64,000 nt of DNA. It comes from Folioceros fuciformis. Lineage: Eukaryota. The first letter of the stretch is position 1. Each line of letters opens with the position of its first letter. The position numbers and the translations under genes were made by a program. The stretch covers positions 45,391-109,390 of the forward strand of contig JBNGIO010005880.1 in assembly GCA_049999805.1 (NCBI GenBank), in the 5' to 3' direction. The notes beneath the pieces are model-generated. The model was not told the origin of the DNA. It made no database searches and saw only the letters and a program-made list of their open reading frames with translations. Of this stretch, positions 38,242-50,578 are shown piece by piece.

Positions 38242-39677
38242 ATCATCTCAACAAGAACAAAGTGGACCTGGTTGAGCTCGAAGCCTCTCTGTAAATTGTT
38301 GTACATCCTAGGCACTTGAAGTCAGACTGAAGCTCAAGATGGGTAGGTGGTTACGTCATTGCGGTTACATTATTGCTTCTTTCAGAAGCATGCCGCACCA
38401 AACTTGAAGGAGATAGCAAGCGCGCATGTAAGTCTTGTTCGTAGTGCAGAATGGTTTTGTGTTTGTGTCGTTTTATTTCCAGCATTGATAAACAGTTTTG
38501 CTCGTCAGTTGAGACAGAAGATGGCTTGGAAGAGGCGGTTGGATCACTTCCAACCAGCCAAGCCAACCTTGCAGGGACAGGACTTGCTGTGAGTGGTTTT
38601 TTGAGTTCCCGCTTTGTATAATATTCCAGATAACAATGCGAGGGTTTCCACTGCCGAGCATCTCAAAGTTCGTCAGCCTTCTTCTGTCTTCCTGCGCAAG
38701 GATTCCGAAATGGTCCAACTTGCAAAAGCAGCAAGTGCGAGCGCCTGAAGCACCCATTCTCAGGCGATGCATCTTCAGTAGCGTGTCGGTGCGTTGGAAG
38801 GACCAGGGTAGCTTTCTGATCGATTTTTAGTTAGGATAGCTGATTTCCTTCGAGAAACCTCTAGAGAGTGTGCTCTGCAGTTTCTGCAGACTCAGAGCCT
38901 TTAGACTCTGTGCTTTGAGCTTACTTGTGCATTGAAGGTCACGACGCTCATCGCTGATTACCTGTGAGCTACGCTCCAGTCTTCAATCGCAGCGTCTTGG
39001 GAATAAGTCCAGGGAATTGTTTGCAATTGCAGCGCCTTGGAAATAGATACAGGTTCGTTGCCACGCGGAATTCCAGAAAGCTCCGAATGCCGACCGGTCG
39101 AGCCCGGCTGCTGGCCATTCGTGAGAGCTCTTGTGAAGGCGCAGACGAGGAGAGCCCTTGTGAGGCTAAGACGACCAGGTGCGCATCGGAGAGGCCAAGC
39201 GTGGAGACTGGAAGCAAATATTGAACCTTAATTTATAATAGTACAATGTGGGCTAATCGTGTCCAGCATCGTATGTCGTTTACCTGCATTGCGAAGCTCC
39301 AGCCTTCCCCCTTTACCCATTTCCTTGCATGTACTCCTTGTGCCATGTATACTAAAATCAATATGGCAGCACTTTGCATACAACTGATACTTGATAGTTT
39401 TACTCTAGTAAGTAATACATTAGTTTAATGAGTCTTAATACATTAGTTTTGATAGCTCATAGAAGAGAAAAATTTTATGAGAGTTCAATCATGATGATTT
39501 TTAATCGCTGAACTTGTAAAGTACTTAACACTTTCTATTAACTAGCTATTTGCTCTAAGGGACATCCTTCCACCATCTAAGTATTGAGCCAGAGTATAAG
39601 ATGCTAATCTAACTAATCACACTTGTTTTGATCAGAAAAGTTATTATATAATTTTTACTTTAAGCGAGCTATGAGAA

Positions 39678-39749
39678 GCCGTCCTAGCTCAGTGGTAGAG
39701 CGCGTGGCTTTTAACCACGTGGTCGTGGGTTCGATCCCCACGGACGGCG
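39678..39749 (+). tRNA. tRNA-Lys (anticodon UUU)
   Basis: gccgtcc/ggacggc acceptor stem, D arm, cgtgg-cttttaa-ccacg anticodon arm, GTTCGA T loop. Confidence 0.95.
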
Positions 39750-40299
39750 CTGTTATTACCTACTGATTTCTAGCTCATCTCATTTTCTTTCTGCCCGCTA
39801 ATTCACCCAGTGTCCCTCCACGTCAAGCTTTCTTCCCTCGGTCCAGGGCAGCCAGTGTGCGTGGGTCTACTTATGCTTCCGCCTTCATCACACCCACAGT
39901 CCTGCTGATAACGACTTTCCCTCTCCCCTACTCTAGCGTTCCTGCTGCAGAGCCTCCCTCGCTTTGCGTCCAGAGGCACTGGTCCGCCTTGGCTGAGGGG
40001 AATGTTCACAGATAAATCTTTCGTGCTAGAAACGCGATTGCTCGTTTCCGCTTCTTTAACCGACAATATTTCATATGGATTCCAAGGCTTTCAAGATTGC
40101 TCGGATGGCAGAGTGACGACAATTTTTTGTCATGTACTCCAGTAACAAACGTGTCAAAACTGTCCAGAGGTCAAGTAGGCCGAGAGACGCCTTTGTCATC
40201 AAGAATCGCGCACTCCACTTGTGAGACCTCAAGGCCTGGACCAGTGGCGCATGGATGCCATGTTTTTCGCAGGACGGGAATCCACAAAAGCATCGACAC

Positions 40300-42449
40300 T
40301 CAAGGCGCTGGCAGCTCCTGTACTGGGGGGCGTTCCAAAGCTAGCCATCCAAATTTGCCAGACCGGAAGTCGTTGAGCACTCTATGTGCCGTTTGGTCAA
40401 CGTCTCCATTGAACATGGGGCTCAGTTGCTCCAAATACCTGAAGTCGAGCCATCATTGCGGAAGTCACAGTTGGCTCCACACCCACGCAGTACAAGAACC
40501 TTTTCCTAAGATACATCAAAAAGCATGGGTTGAGGAGACTCACTCCTCTCCTGACAAGCTGCCGACGTCAACTTTATAACGCTGCTCGAGGGCTTTAGCA
40601 CCTGAAACACCGAGGAATTATTGTGGGCAGGGTGAGAACAAGGAACAACTCTCACTTCCTGGAGGACATTCACTTGAACCGCAGCTTCACCTGCAGTAGG
40701 CATACGCTTAATCATCTCGATCAGCACAGCCGCAACACCCGCCACGGCGTAAGCTGCCTCTCCGATGTCATTGCATATAGCAAGCCTAGTTGCAGCTGCC
40801 TGATCCAGTATCTTCATGGGGAGTACTCCTGGGGCGTCCAACAAATCAAGATCCTCACCAATGCGTGCCCATCTTGGGGCACACACAGACATTTAATGAG
40901 GAAAAGGTTGTCTCTTATCACCTAGATTACAGGAGCGAAGCAAAGAAATCAAGTTCCAATCCAGACAGTAAAACATACTTCAGATCTCGGGTGACCCCAG
41001 GTCTTGGAGCAGCTTCACATACTTTGCGTCTCAGAAGACGGTTTATTAGAGACGATTTCCCAACATTTGGATACCCAACAACAGCGGCACGCACCTGTAA
41101 ACCACACAGGGAATTAGACTGCGTGAAGTATACACCGCATATGCCAGTTTTGAAGTGCCCATGGCAGCCTCATGCCTCACCGCACGAGGAAGAAGACCTT
41201 TTGATTTGCGCCTTGCATTGATATCTGCTGCCACTGTTTTTGATGTTCGGGCCAGCTTCATTGAACCCTGCACGAAATAGAAGGACATAAATCCACGAAG
41301 TCTGAACAATGCACGAGACAGAAGGACACAAAATCCTCGGAACAAATAACAGCAGAACATCACTCCCATCCTCTGAACTAATAACAGCAGAGCAGTACTC
41401 CCATCCTCTCAACAAATAACAGCAGAACAATACTCCCATCCTCTGAACAATTAACAGCAGAACAATACTCCCACTGCAGCACCATAACAGCGGGACAGGG
41501 AAAGCACTAAAGCCTAAAATTGAGCTCCTTATCACAACAGAATCTAGCGCAGAATTCCACTAGTACCACAAGAAGTGTACTAGATTCACAACACTGTCCT
41601 AGATTCCGTTATGATAATCAGCTCAAGTCTAGGTTCGCCTAGTCTTCCCTGTCCTGTTGCTATGGGCTATGGGTTTACCCTTGAACTTACAGCTCCTCGT
41701 CGGCCATCGGTGAACAACGCAGTCTCACCACGTTGGGCAAAATAGGCAGCCCACACATTCCGGTCTGCAGCGGATATCATGTCCTCCCGGTTCAACACTA
41801 GTATCTTCATCTTGTCCCCTATCCACAAGTCAATCTGCGGCAAGGACTCCTACTAAGAGAAATCCAAACGCCAGAAAAAAAGAACTACAATCACCCATCT
41901 ACAAGCTCATGCTCGACCGTTGGATCCTTACAGACCTCAGGGTGGCAGGTTGACATGGGAATCCTTGCATCTCGCACTTCAATTATCACATCCATTAACC
42001 GCAGCTGCTCTTTAAGTTTCCTCTCCGCTTTCGCAATGTGTCCTGGATACCACTGTCAAGACATGCTCCTCCATAAACCTTCACATGTGCAAAGGCCCTG
42101 CGATCTGGCAAGACGTCAAGCTGTAGATGGTTGTGTACCTGGACAAGACGGGCGGATCTGGTGAGGTAGCCCACATCTGCATCCAAATCAGCCCACTCTT
42201 TATGTGCAGTCGATGCCACGCGGGCTTTCGCCGTAACACGGCAAAGTTTCCATGAATTTCCAGGGCATCTACTCTGCTCAAACATGGATCACGAGATCGT
42301 CAGGAATGGCCGGAGACAGATCACAAAAGCACCCGGGACAGTTGGCGTTGAATCCGTACCTTCGCTGGCGACACCAATTCCCTGAAACGGGAATGGGCAG
42401 CCTCGCAGCTCGATAGCTGTACCACCACCGTCGGATATGCTCCAGCCAT
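40300..42449 (-). CDS. RbgA/YlqF circularly permuted GTPase (DAR GTPase 3-like, probably organellar), multi-exon
   Basis: [82 protein letters not shown]. Confidence 0.88.
41341..41474. repeat. Intronic 35-bp tandem repeat, about 4 copies
   Basis: aacaaataacagcagaacaatactcccatcctctg units. Confidence 0.9.
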
Positions 42450-42669
42450 GGCAAGTGGACACACAAACGGAGGTTAACTGGACAATCCTCTGCCGACACA
42501 GCTAGCTTCCGCAAACGGCCCTCCTCAAACAGTCGAGGGGGCAATTCCAGCCCTAATATCGTATATTCACGATCGCACAACTTTAACTGAGCTCCGAGGC
42601 ATCTACTGTGGTGACCACACGAGCGCGTTCATCCGGCGCCTTCCAGCTACATCTCTTTGCGAGGACGTC

Positions 42670-43785
42670 ATGGTAAGTCAATCAACCAGATTGGAGAGCG
42701 GATTTGCTTGGACCAGCACTTGGCGTGGAGGAGGAGCGTTGTTCCATATATGGGGTGTTGTGGAATGCGGCATCCACATGCATTCCGTTGCTTATTGACA
42801 AAAGTTGACATCCAACTGCTGCAGATCCAATTTGTGCTGCTCATAAGTCGACAGGGCAAAGTGCGATTGACGAAATGGTACTCGCCTTACTCTCAAAAGG
42901 AGAGAGCCAAGGTCGTTATCTAACGTTTGAATCTTCTCGTTGCAATATGTCTGCTCCAAAATGGTATGCAGATTTCTGATTCGTGATCTCGATTTCCAGG
43001 TCATCCGCGAGCTCAGTTCTCTGGTCCTCGGAAGGGGACCAAAACTCTGTAACTTTGTAGAGTGGCGAGGCTTGAAAGCTGTGTATAAAAGGTAACTTGC
43101 TGGAGCTGCTAGCCTGTCTTCGCTGTTTTGTCCTAGTGAATCCGAAATCTGACTGTTGCATCATGTTGCAGGTACGCGAGTCTATACTTTTGCATGTGTA
43201 TCGATGCGGATGACAACGAGCTGGAAACCCTGGAGATAATACACCACTACGTTGAGATTCTTGACCGATACTTCGGCAATGTGAGTCTATTTGTTGCTGA
43301 AGTGGAAGGACTCGCCTTGATGTTGACTTCCAGTCTTCTAAGGTTTGGATTCTGATCCTTTGATGTTTGCAGGTGTGTGAGCTGGATCTGGTCTTCAATT
43401 TTCACAAGGTGTGTAACTGCTGGCGACAATACCCTTCAGCTGATGAGATAGGCTGCTGTTAAAGTTGTCAGGATGATGGGATGGTTCAGTTCCACCAACT
43501 TAGGTGTGGTGTGTGCAGGCTTACTATATTCTGGATGAGGTTCTGATTGGAGGGGAATTGCAAGAATCGAGCAAGAAGTCGGTGGCTAGAGTAATCTCTG
43601 CACAGGTGCTGGTCTGGCCCACTCCTTTACATTGAAGGAAAGGTTGAGTCGTGCTTTCAGTGCCTTGTGGTTAGGAGTCAAGCACCACTGAGCTGGTTGT
43701 TTGTGGGTGGCAGGATGCCCTGGTGGAGAATGCCAAGGAGCAGGCTAGCTCACTGTCAAATATAATTGCTCAGGCCACGAAATAG
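42670..43785 (+). CDS. AP-1 clathrin adaptor complex sigma subunit, multi-exon
   Basis: [20 protein letters not shown]...[10 protein letters not shown]...[40 protein letters not shown]...NIIAQATK*. Confidence 0.92.
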
Positions 43786-44090
43786 ACAGACGGACGTTGG
43801 GCATCCTGCAGGGAATGTGATACGGAAAGTGGCGGGCCGGCCTGCTGGCTGAAGTTGAGCTTGGGACCTGTTTGAGAAACTGCCTGCAAAGATGCTGCTG
43901 ACAGTGCTGACTGTTGTCGAGGGTTGACCTCCACTGGGAACGTGAAGAGCTTGTACATAGCTTGTGATTCCGGTTCACGGTGAAATTTGAGAGTCAAGCA
44001 CCACCGAGCAACCACCTGAGTGAAAGCTTTCAGCGCCTCTTTAGTTTTGCCATGCCGCGAGAGTGCCGAGGGTGGAACCTGCATATACTT

Positions 44091-44490
44091 CGTTGTCCCT
44101 TCCGGACCGCATTTGCAAGGGACGATTGTTGAGTGGAGCTTGCTTTCTTTGTTATCCCTTCCATGACCACATTAGCAATGGACGATGGTTGGGTGGAGCT
44201 TGCTTGCTTTATTGTCCCTTTCAGGACCGCATTTGCAAGGAACGATTGTTGGGTGGAGCTTGCTTACTTTGTTATCCCTTCCACGACCACATTAGCAAGG
44301 GAGGATGGTTGGTGGATCTTGCTTACTTTATTGTCTCTTTCACGCCCACATTAGCAGGGACGATAGTTGGGTGGAGCTTGCTTACTTTGTTGGCTGTTCC
44401 ACGACCACTTTAGCAAGGGAGGATGGTTGGGGTGGGGCTCAATTACTGTATTGTCTCTTCCACGACCACACTGGCAAGGGATGGTGGTTG
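44091..44490. repeat. 60-bp degenerate tandem repeat, about 6-7 copies
   Basis: Period-60 units tatcccttccacgaccacattagcaagggacgatggttgggtggagcttgcttacttt, lying between convergent genes. Confidence 0.9.
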
Positions 44491-44807
44491 ACACTTCAAT
44501 ACCGAAGTTTTCATTGTTTGGCCTACAAAACGTTTTAAATGTGAGGGGTATTAGCTTTGATGCAGGGCAGAGGCTTGAAGACGGGACAGGACAGTTTACG
44601 CGGGCTTGGCACGTGATGCCGTGTATGATACAGCTCCATTTATGAAGAAAAAAATGCGTGCAGAACACGTTGTTATATACCTACACGAAGTTTGGCAGCA
44701 GGATGCCGGCCGGAGGAATTATCATTTCTTGGCTGCAACTTTGGAAAGACACAAACAGCACGCCGCATGTCGGCGACTTTGCTAAGTGTCAGCATACATC
44801 CAAATTG

Positions 44808-47365
44808 TCATTGTCGATCACCATCTCGAACTTTCCTCACATGCGGAGAGTTGGGGTCTTCGGGAGGGACCTCAGCCACCCAGTATACTTTAAGGCACAC
44901 CAAAATTTTCTCGTGGTTGAACGGGCCTTCCTCATGGTCAGCCAGCCTACACTTCCACCTCATTCCGTTGATGATCCTCTTCACGGCGATGAGAACATCC
45001 ACGTCATCACGGATAATCACCGCACCCTCTGGACGCAGAATACGATCCATTTCCAATAAGATGTATGTGATGTCACACCTGAAGACCAAAGTCCTTAGGT
45101 TAGCAATCATTCAAATGTCTCAAATACAAAGAAGGAGAAGGAGATATGGACTACGTGCTTACTTCTCTCGGTACAGAGTGAAGAGCCTATTGGCATGAAT
45201 CATGTCGTAGGTTCGGGGATATGTTGAGAAGGCCTCACACCTGTACAGCCCACCGGAGCGTTAGGATAGTACTGGACCGGCTGCTGCGTGCAACACAGCT
45301 CAGAACTTTTTAGGTAGCAGAATACCAGTCTTGGTAAGTGCCAATAAGCCCTCTCTCGTATATGACGCCCAGAGTGTCCTCTTGAATCTTCGGTGATACC
45401 ACGTTCATCACCCAGCTCTTTTCTTGATCAAGAGCCGCTGCAAATCCACCCAACCCAGCATTCATGTCCATGATGTTTCGATACCGGCCATGAGCTAGAA
45501 GATTAACGAGCCGCTGCCTGTAATAAGTGAATCGGGTCTGCCAAAGCGCAGTGTCTTTTTTGTAGGACTCTGCAGTCACTGAAGGGAATGATCCACCAGA
45601 GACCCTTGGAGGTACTTCAGTTAAGCGATCCGGCCATCGAGCCAGTTTGCCTCCTGCAATAGCTTTCAGATGATTTACGGCTGGCATCGGTGTCATGCAG
45701 GGTTCCATTTTCACATACCTGTACACGAGCGAAAACACGCAGGTCCACTCACTCATGAACCTAGATCATGAACACACGGCCCATAAACATGCCATGCTAA
45801 TGCGCGGCAATGAGAGACCTACCACGCATCATCAGGGTTGCCTTGATTGGTGCAGAAAGCTGGATTGTTCTCAATCTGGTTATGCCTTTTCGCCTCCATG
45901 CATTCATCGTGGTTGACGGGTTTCTTCCAAACAGCAAGGTTGCCCTTTTCTGCCACCTTGGTCCAGCAAAGACGCCTTGCAAGGTCTTCAATAGCATCCA
46001 TTTCAGCCTTAAGGTCCCTCTTAGTCCTCTGCCAACCTTTCCAGTGGGCTTGCCAATTCACAGGCGGGCCAGACAAGATCCAGAACCCACCAGGCCTAAG
46101 CACTCGGTCTATTTCAGCCAGATACAGCCCATCTGCACAAGCGAGTGGTGGTAGCAGTAAGAACCCAAATCCAGGATCATGCAACAGCCACCGACGGCCA
46201 GCTCACAGATCTCACTCACCATAATCCTTCCAAGGAATAAGGCATCGAGAGCAGTGAGCCAAATCAAACGACCTCGCAGGATACGGTAACTTGATGGACG
46301 CCATTGTCACAAGCATGGCAGGAACCCCACGTTCCAGAGCAAACTGAACCTGCGCTTCATGCGTGTCTCTCGGTGCGAACGACATGGTCAGAACATTCCT
46401 TTTCAGCAGGTAGGCACCAAAGCTGGCCACCTACACCAACGGCCAAAAGACAATGCATCAGTAGGCCAAGTCCTGAAACAGCAGCAGCCTTCAAAACGTT
46501 GAGAACACCGGCAAGCACAAGCCGTACCCCGCATCCAGTATCCAGCGCAGTGCGGATTTGGCCTTTACTCAAATCCACAATCGCATTGATGTCATCAATG
46601 TAAGCATCAGCCCCGTGAGGAAACATAGTCCCTCCCCCGGGAAACCGAAAGCGGTCCCCCTCGTACTGGATCCAGTTTTGGATAGCCTTCTCCACCGTGA
46701 GCTCCTTGTGCGGCACGTTGGCGAACCAAGACTCGTCTCGACTCTGTGGCCAGGGGAAGGGGTTCTTGTAACCCACAGGCGCTGGCACAAGGCACCTGAT
46801 CAGCTCCACCTGCACGGGACAATGCCTCTCCCGGTATATCATCCTCTCCCGGGGGAAAGGCATAGACCGCTTGGCATCCTGGCACGGCGTGTACTCGCTC
46901 AGCGAGACGTCGCAGCTCGGAAAAACCTCCACCTGCCCGCCCTTCGCCTCTCCTCCGGCCTCCCCACCGGACCCGTGGTGCGCGGAGAAGTCCAGCGAGT
47001 TGCTGCAGGCCGAGGCATCGGAAAAGACGCCGTAATCGGGCGTCGACCACCCGGCCCGCCAGTACCCCACGGAATAGCTCAACAGCGACAGCGCCAGCAG
47101 TCCCGCAACGTGCACCCAGCTCCACCTCCTCTTCCCTTCCTGATGTTGCTTGGGAGACGAAACTCTGCCGTTGGCCCCGTTCCCTGCCAAGAAAGCATCC
47201 CCTCAGTCCCTGCAGTCCCTCCAATCCCCCCCCCAATCCTTCCTCCCCCTCCCTCAGCTGCAAACAAGCACAAGACACGCATGCAAAAAGATCCGACTCC
47301 TCACCTTCCAGCGGGAACAGGTCCTGGATCTTCTGGTAGGCATGGCTCACCCCCTGCTGGAACAT
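44808..47365 (-). CDS. DUF248/Methyltransf_29 putative Golgi methyltransferase (PMT family), multi-exon
   Basis: N-terminal transmembrane segment, then [91 protein letters not shown]. Confidence 0.92.
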
Positions 47366-48257
47366 CACATTCCCCTTCTTGGCCGCGCCGAGGCCTGGAA
47401 GGGGACGGAGAGCTGCGGGCGCGCCAAGGGGTGCCGGCCAGGCAGGGAGCCGGCACGATATGTGATAAATCGAAGGCAGCGTCGGGGCCGCGAGAGGCAC
47501 GGGATCAAGAAGGGGACGAAGGCACGCAGAGTGCGAGATAGCCAGAGCTAAACGAGGCTGGCTTTCATACGACACGAACCAAGGCCCAGGCCCGCCCAGG
47601 GCCCGCCCGGGCCCGAGGCTGCCTGCCTCGGGCACGAGCCAGACTGCGAGACCGGCCCGGCCCGACCCGGCCCCCGGTTCCCGCCGCGGCCCGCTCCAGG
47701 CCGCGACAAAAAATCGGACGCGCTCGCTCTCCTGTCAAGTACACGAATAGGTACGATTTTGGGGATTTCGGAGATTTTAGGGATTGCAGGGACTGCAGCC
47801 TGTGCAGTGTGCAGGGGTTGGTCTCCTGGCGAGGAAGGTGGCCCAATGGGTTGAACGTGAATGCTCTTCCTGTATCAAGCAAGGTTCCTACTAGGTCTCC
47901 AGGCCCCGTTTCCAGTGGCCTTAGATACTCGGAGGAGGAGGAGAAACTTGAAGTATTTAAACAGAGGAGGTCCTCTTCTCCTTTTTCTACCCCGCGTCCC
48001 TCGAAGCCGTCTGTATCGGTATCCAGGCCTGCCAAGTGTTTGTGTGGGTCTCCAAGGCTGCCAAGTGTGGCCGACAGCAGAGAGGCCGGGGCCGGCTCAG
48101 GCTCCGGCTCCGGCTTCGGGTCAGGACTTTCTGCAGAGACCGATCTTGCACAGCTGTTACACTGCTTGCTTCGCTGCTGCAATTGCCTGTCCGTGTGGTA
48201 GGTGGCACCACACGTTGCATTTGAATCTGTACTAATTGGTCTTATGAAATTGGTAAT

Positions 48258-48328
48258 GCCATCTTAGCTCAGCGGTAGAGCACGTGGCTTCTAACTACGT
48301 GATCGTGAGTTCGATACCCGGCGCGGCT
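48258..48328 (+). pseudogene. Degenerate tRNA-Lys-derived copy with anticodon TCT
   Basis: Colinear with the tRNA at 39678, differing mostly by transitions; T stem and acceptor stem are mispaired. Confidence 0.7.
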
Positions 48329-49967
48329 TAAGACGAGTGCCCTTGTAGACAACACGACATGCGTAGTGGCGGAAGACCTAAAAGATGGCACGGGACCACC
48401 CTCTGCCAGCAGCAGCGAAGAAGGAGGAGGGGGCAAAGTAGAGCTCGGCGTGGACAAAAAACGCGGCACATATGCCTCCAGGTACCACCTCTCCGTGAGG
48501 ACATATGTGTGTACTGAGCTCCGGTGGGTAGTGAACACATAGGCAGACTTGCGTCCAGTTATGACCCACGGTGAGCAGTGATGCACCAAGTAATGACCTG
48601 CGGCGGGCACTGATGCGTCCAGTTATGCCCTACGAGGGGCAATGATGCGGACCAGATGTACTTGAGGGAATGCACGACACACGCTTTTTAGGGCGCCTCC
48701 GGAGCCGCGTACGGAGCGCTAAAAACGTCCTCCGGGTGCCCGATCCGCTGGCATTGGCGTCCCCGCTGGTACAACGGCTTCGCGACTCGCACAGGAAGGA
48801 AATTCCGTTCACAATGTGGGGAGGGGAAAGCCAGTCCATGCGCGGGGAAACGTTCCTGGGCTGGTGCCAGTGAAGTCGGCAGATTAGAACGCAAGCGCAA
48901 GCCACTGGTTTCGGGATCTGTAGGAGTGAGAATCGGGCGTTGGAATGCGGCCCACGCCCATGCGGTTATGGGCTGATAACGGGAGTGGAATGAGTGGTAG
49001 CTGCTTCGTTTCCGGGGAGGTTGGAATACCGGACCTGGGTCCATGCCCCCATGCCCTTGACTTCCCCTCTCATCCTCGGGATTTGGACAAGTATGCGCGC
49101 AACTATGTCAGCTGCGAGATGCAAGCATGTACTGCTCGGACGGAACGCTTATCGCCTAACTGTGATGGCAGGGGAAAATTTAGTAGGGGAGAAGCAGACT
49201 CGGAGTCACATGAACCCATCTATGTACAGATATAGATATGATGTACAAGGAGAGACGAGAAGAGAAGAAGGGACGTGTCTCCAGACCAAACGCAAACGGC
49301 TTGTGAACCCTTGTGGGCCTCCTTGTCAGCATACATCACATTACCACACGCCGCGGCCTTGTGTATCACGCACGTCCTGTACCAGCACTCCCAACATTAG
49401 GCTACATAGTTAGTTTTGATCATGAGGTGTTTGCCCACTTTGTCAGCCTTGATCATGCAGTGTTTCCCTCCCCACGTTGTCAGCCTTGCTCTTGCTGCTG
49501 GACAAGCCAAACCTAACGCCGTTGTAGAGGACGCATTCACAGTACAACATGTAGCCCATGTAAGTATCCCGCAATACCAAAGGTGAAGATTCACCTGTCG
49601 GTGCAGAATGCATCGGAAAAGGAGATGCGGTAGCTGTGGCCGGCAGCCTCCGCTTCAACGGAGGCGACACGACGTCTTCACACTCTACATAGATAGATAC
49701 ATACATCGCGTCCATTGCTCCCAGCTTCATTTTCGTGCTTCTTTCGGGAGCTCAGGCTGGAAGATAGTACGGATGTCAGGTGCTCAGAAACCGGGCGCTG
49801 GGACGTTGATAGGGTTCGAGATCCACTGGTCGGATTCTAACGTCATCCACATTATGTACTTGACTCAGTCGACCACGTCATCTATGAGATTTCGTCGACG
49901 ACGAAGACGTGGCCCAAAAAGGGTTCCTTTCACACAACTCCCTACATGCCCAGATGCACTACGCTTG

Positions 49968-50120
49968 TTTGATGCATTCAAACCAAAATTTGACGCAATC
50001 AATCCAACATTTGACGCAATCCATCCAAAATTTGATGCAAATAATCCAAAAGTTGATGCAACTAATCCAAAATTTGATGCATTCCAACCAAAATTTGATG
50101 CATTCCAACCCAAATTTGAT
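49968..50120. repeat. 21-bp tandem repeat, 7 copies (tttgatgcattccaaccaaaa)
   Basis: Units counted directly. Confidence 0.93.
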
Positions 50121-50578
50121 TGCAGTTGTTTTGCTTAGTCTGTACACAGCGGGACGACCTGGTGTGAATCGACTCTCTCACAGGGATGTCAATCCCTGCC
50201 ACTGCTCATGGTATGCCTACTTTGGCAGTTAAGCTTTGAAAATCATAATTCACAGTTCAAGCAGTAACTCGTGACGTTTTCATCAAATTCAACAGTTCCC
50301 ATGCTCATCTAGCAAGTAGCTTGTGGTGCGAAACAACCTTGGGGTCTTGGATTTGGACGTGATGTCCACTGAGACTTGAACATTCCTAGGCATTAGATCG
50401 CGGAAGTACTGCAACCTCCTGCTATGTCTCCAGCTGCTGGAATATCCTTCTATGCCTGCAAACCTCTCTGCCACTGCCTGAGCCCGAGGTCATAAACGAA
50501 CCGGGGTCAATAGAACATCACAACATACATGATACAGCCATTGCAGAATAAGAGATATGGTAACCCTCCTACCTGTAC

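Noticed and set aside
38600-40100. Short ORFs around the tRNA
   Set aside because: No recognisable motifs or consistent splice structure.
46558-48235. Several long ORFs overlapping the PMT 5' region
   Set aside because: GC-rich shadow frames with no recognisable domain.
48344-49689. Solo LTR (TGTAG...CTACA ends)
   Set aside because: The flanks do not form a target-site duplication, and 5-bp inverted ends can occur by chance.
49865-50232. Heptad-repeat ORFs (FDAxxPK)
   Set aside because: Translation products of the 21-bp minisatellite, with no independent coding evidence.
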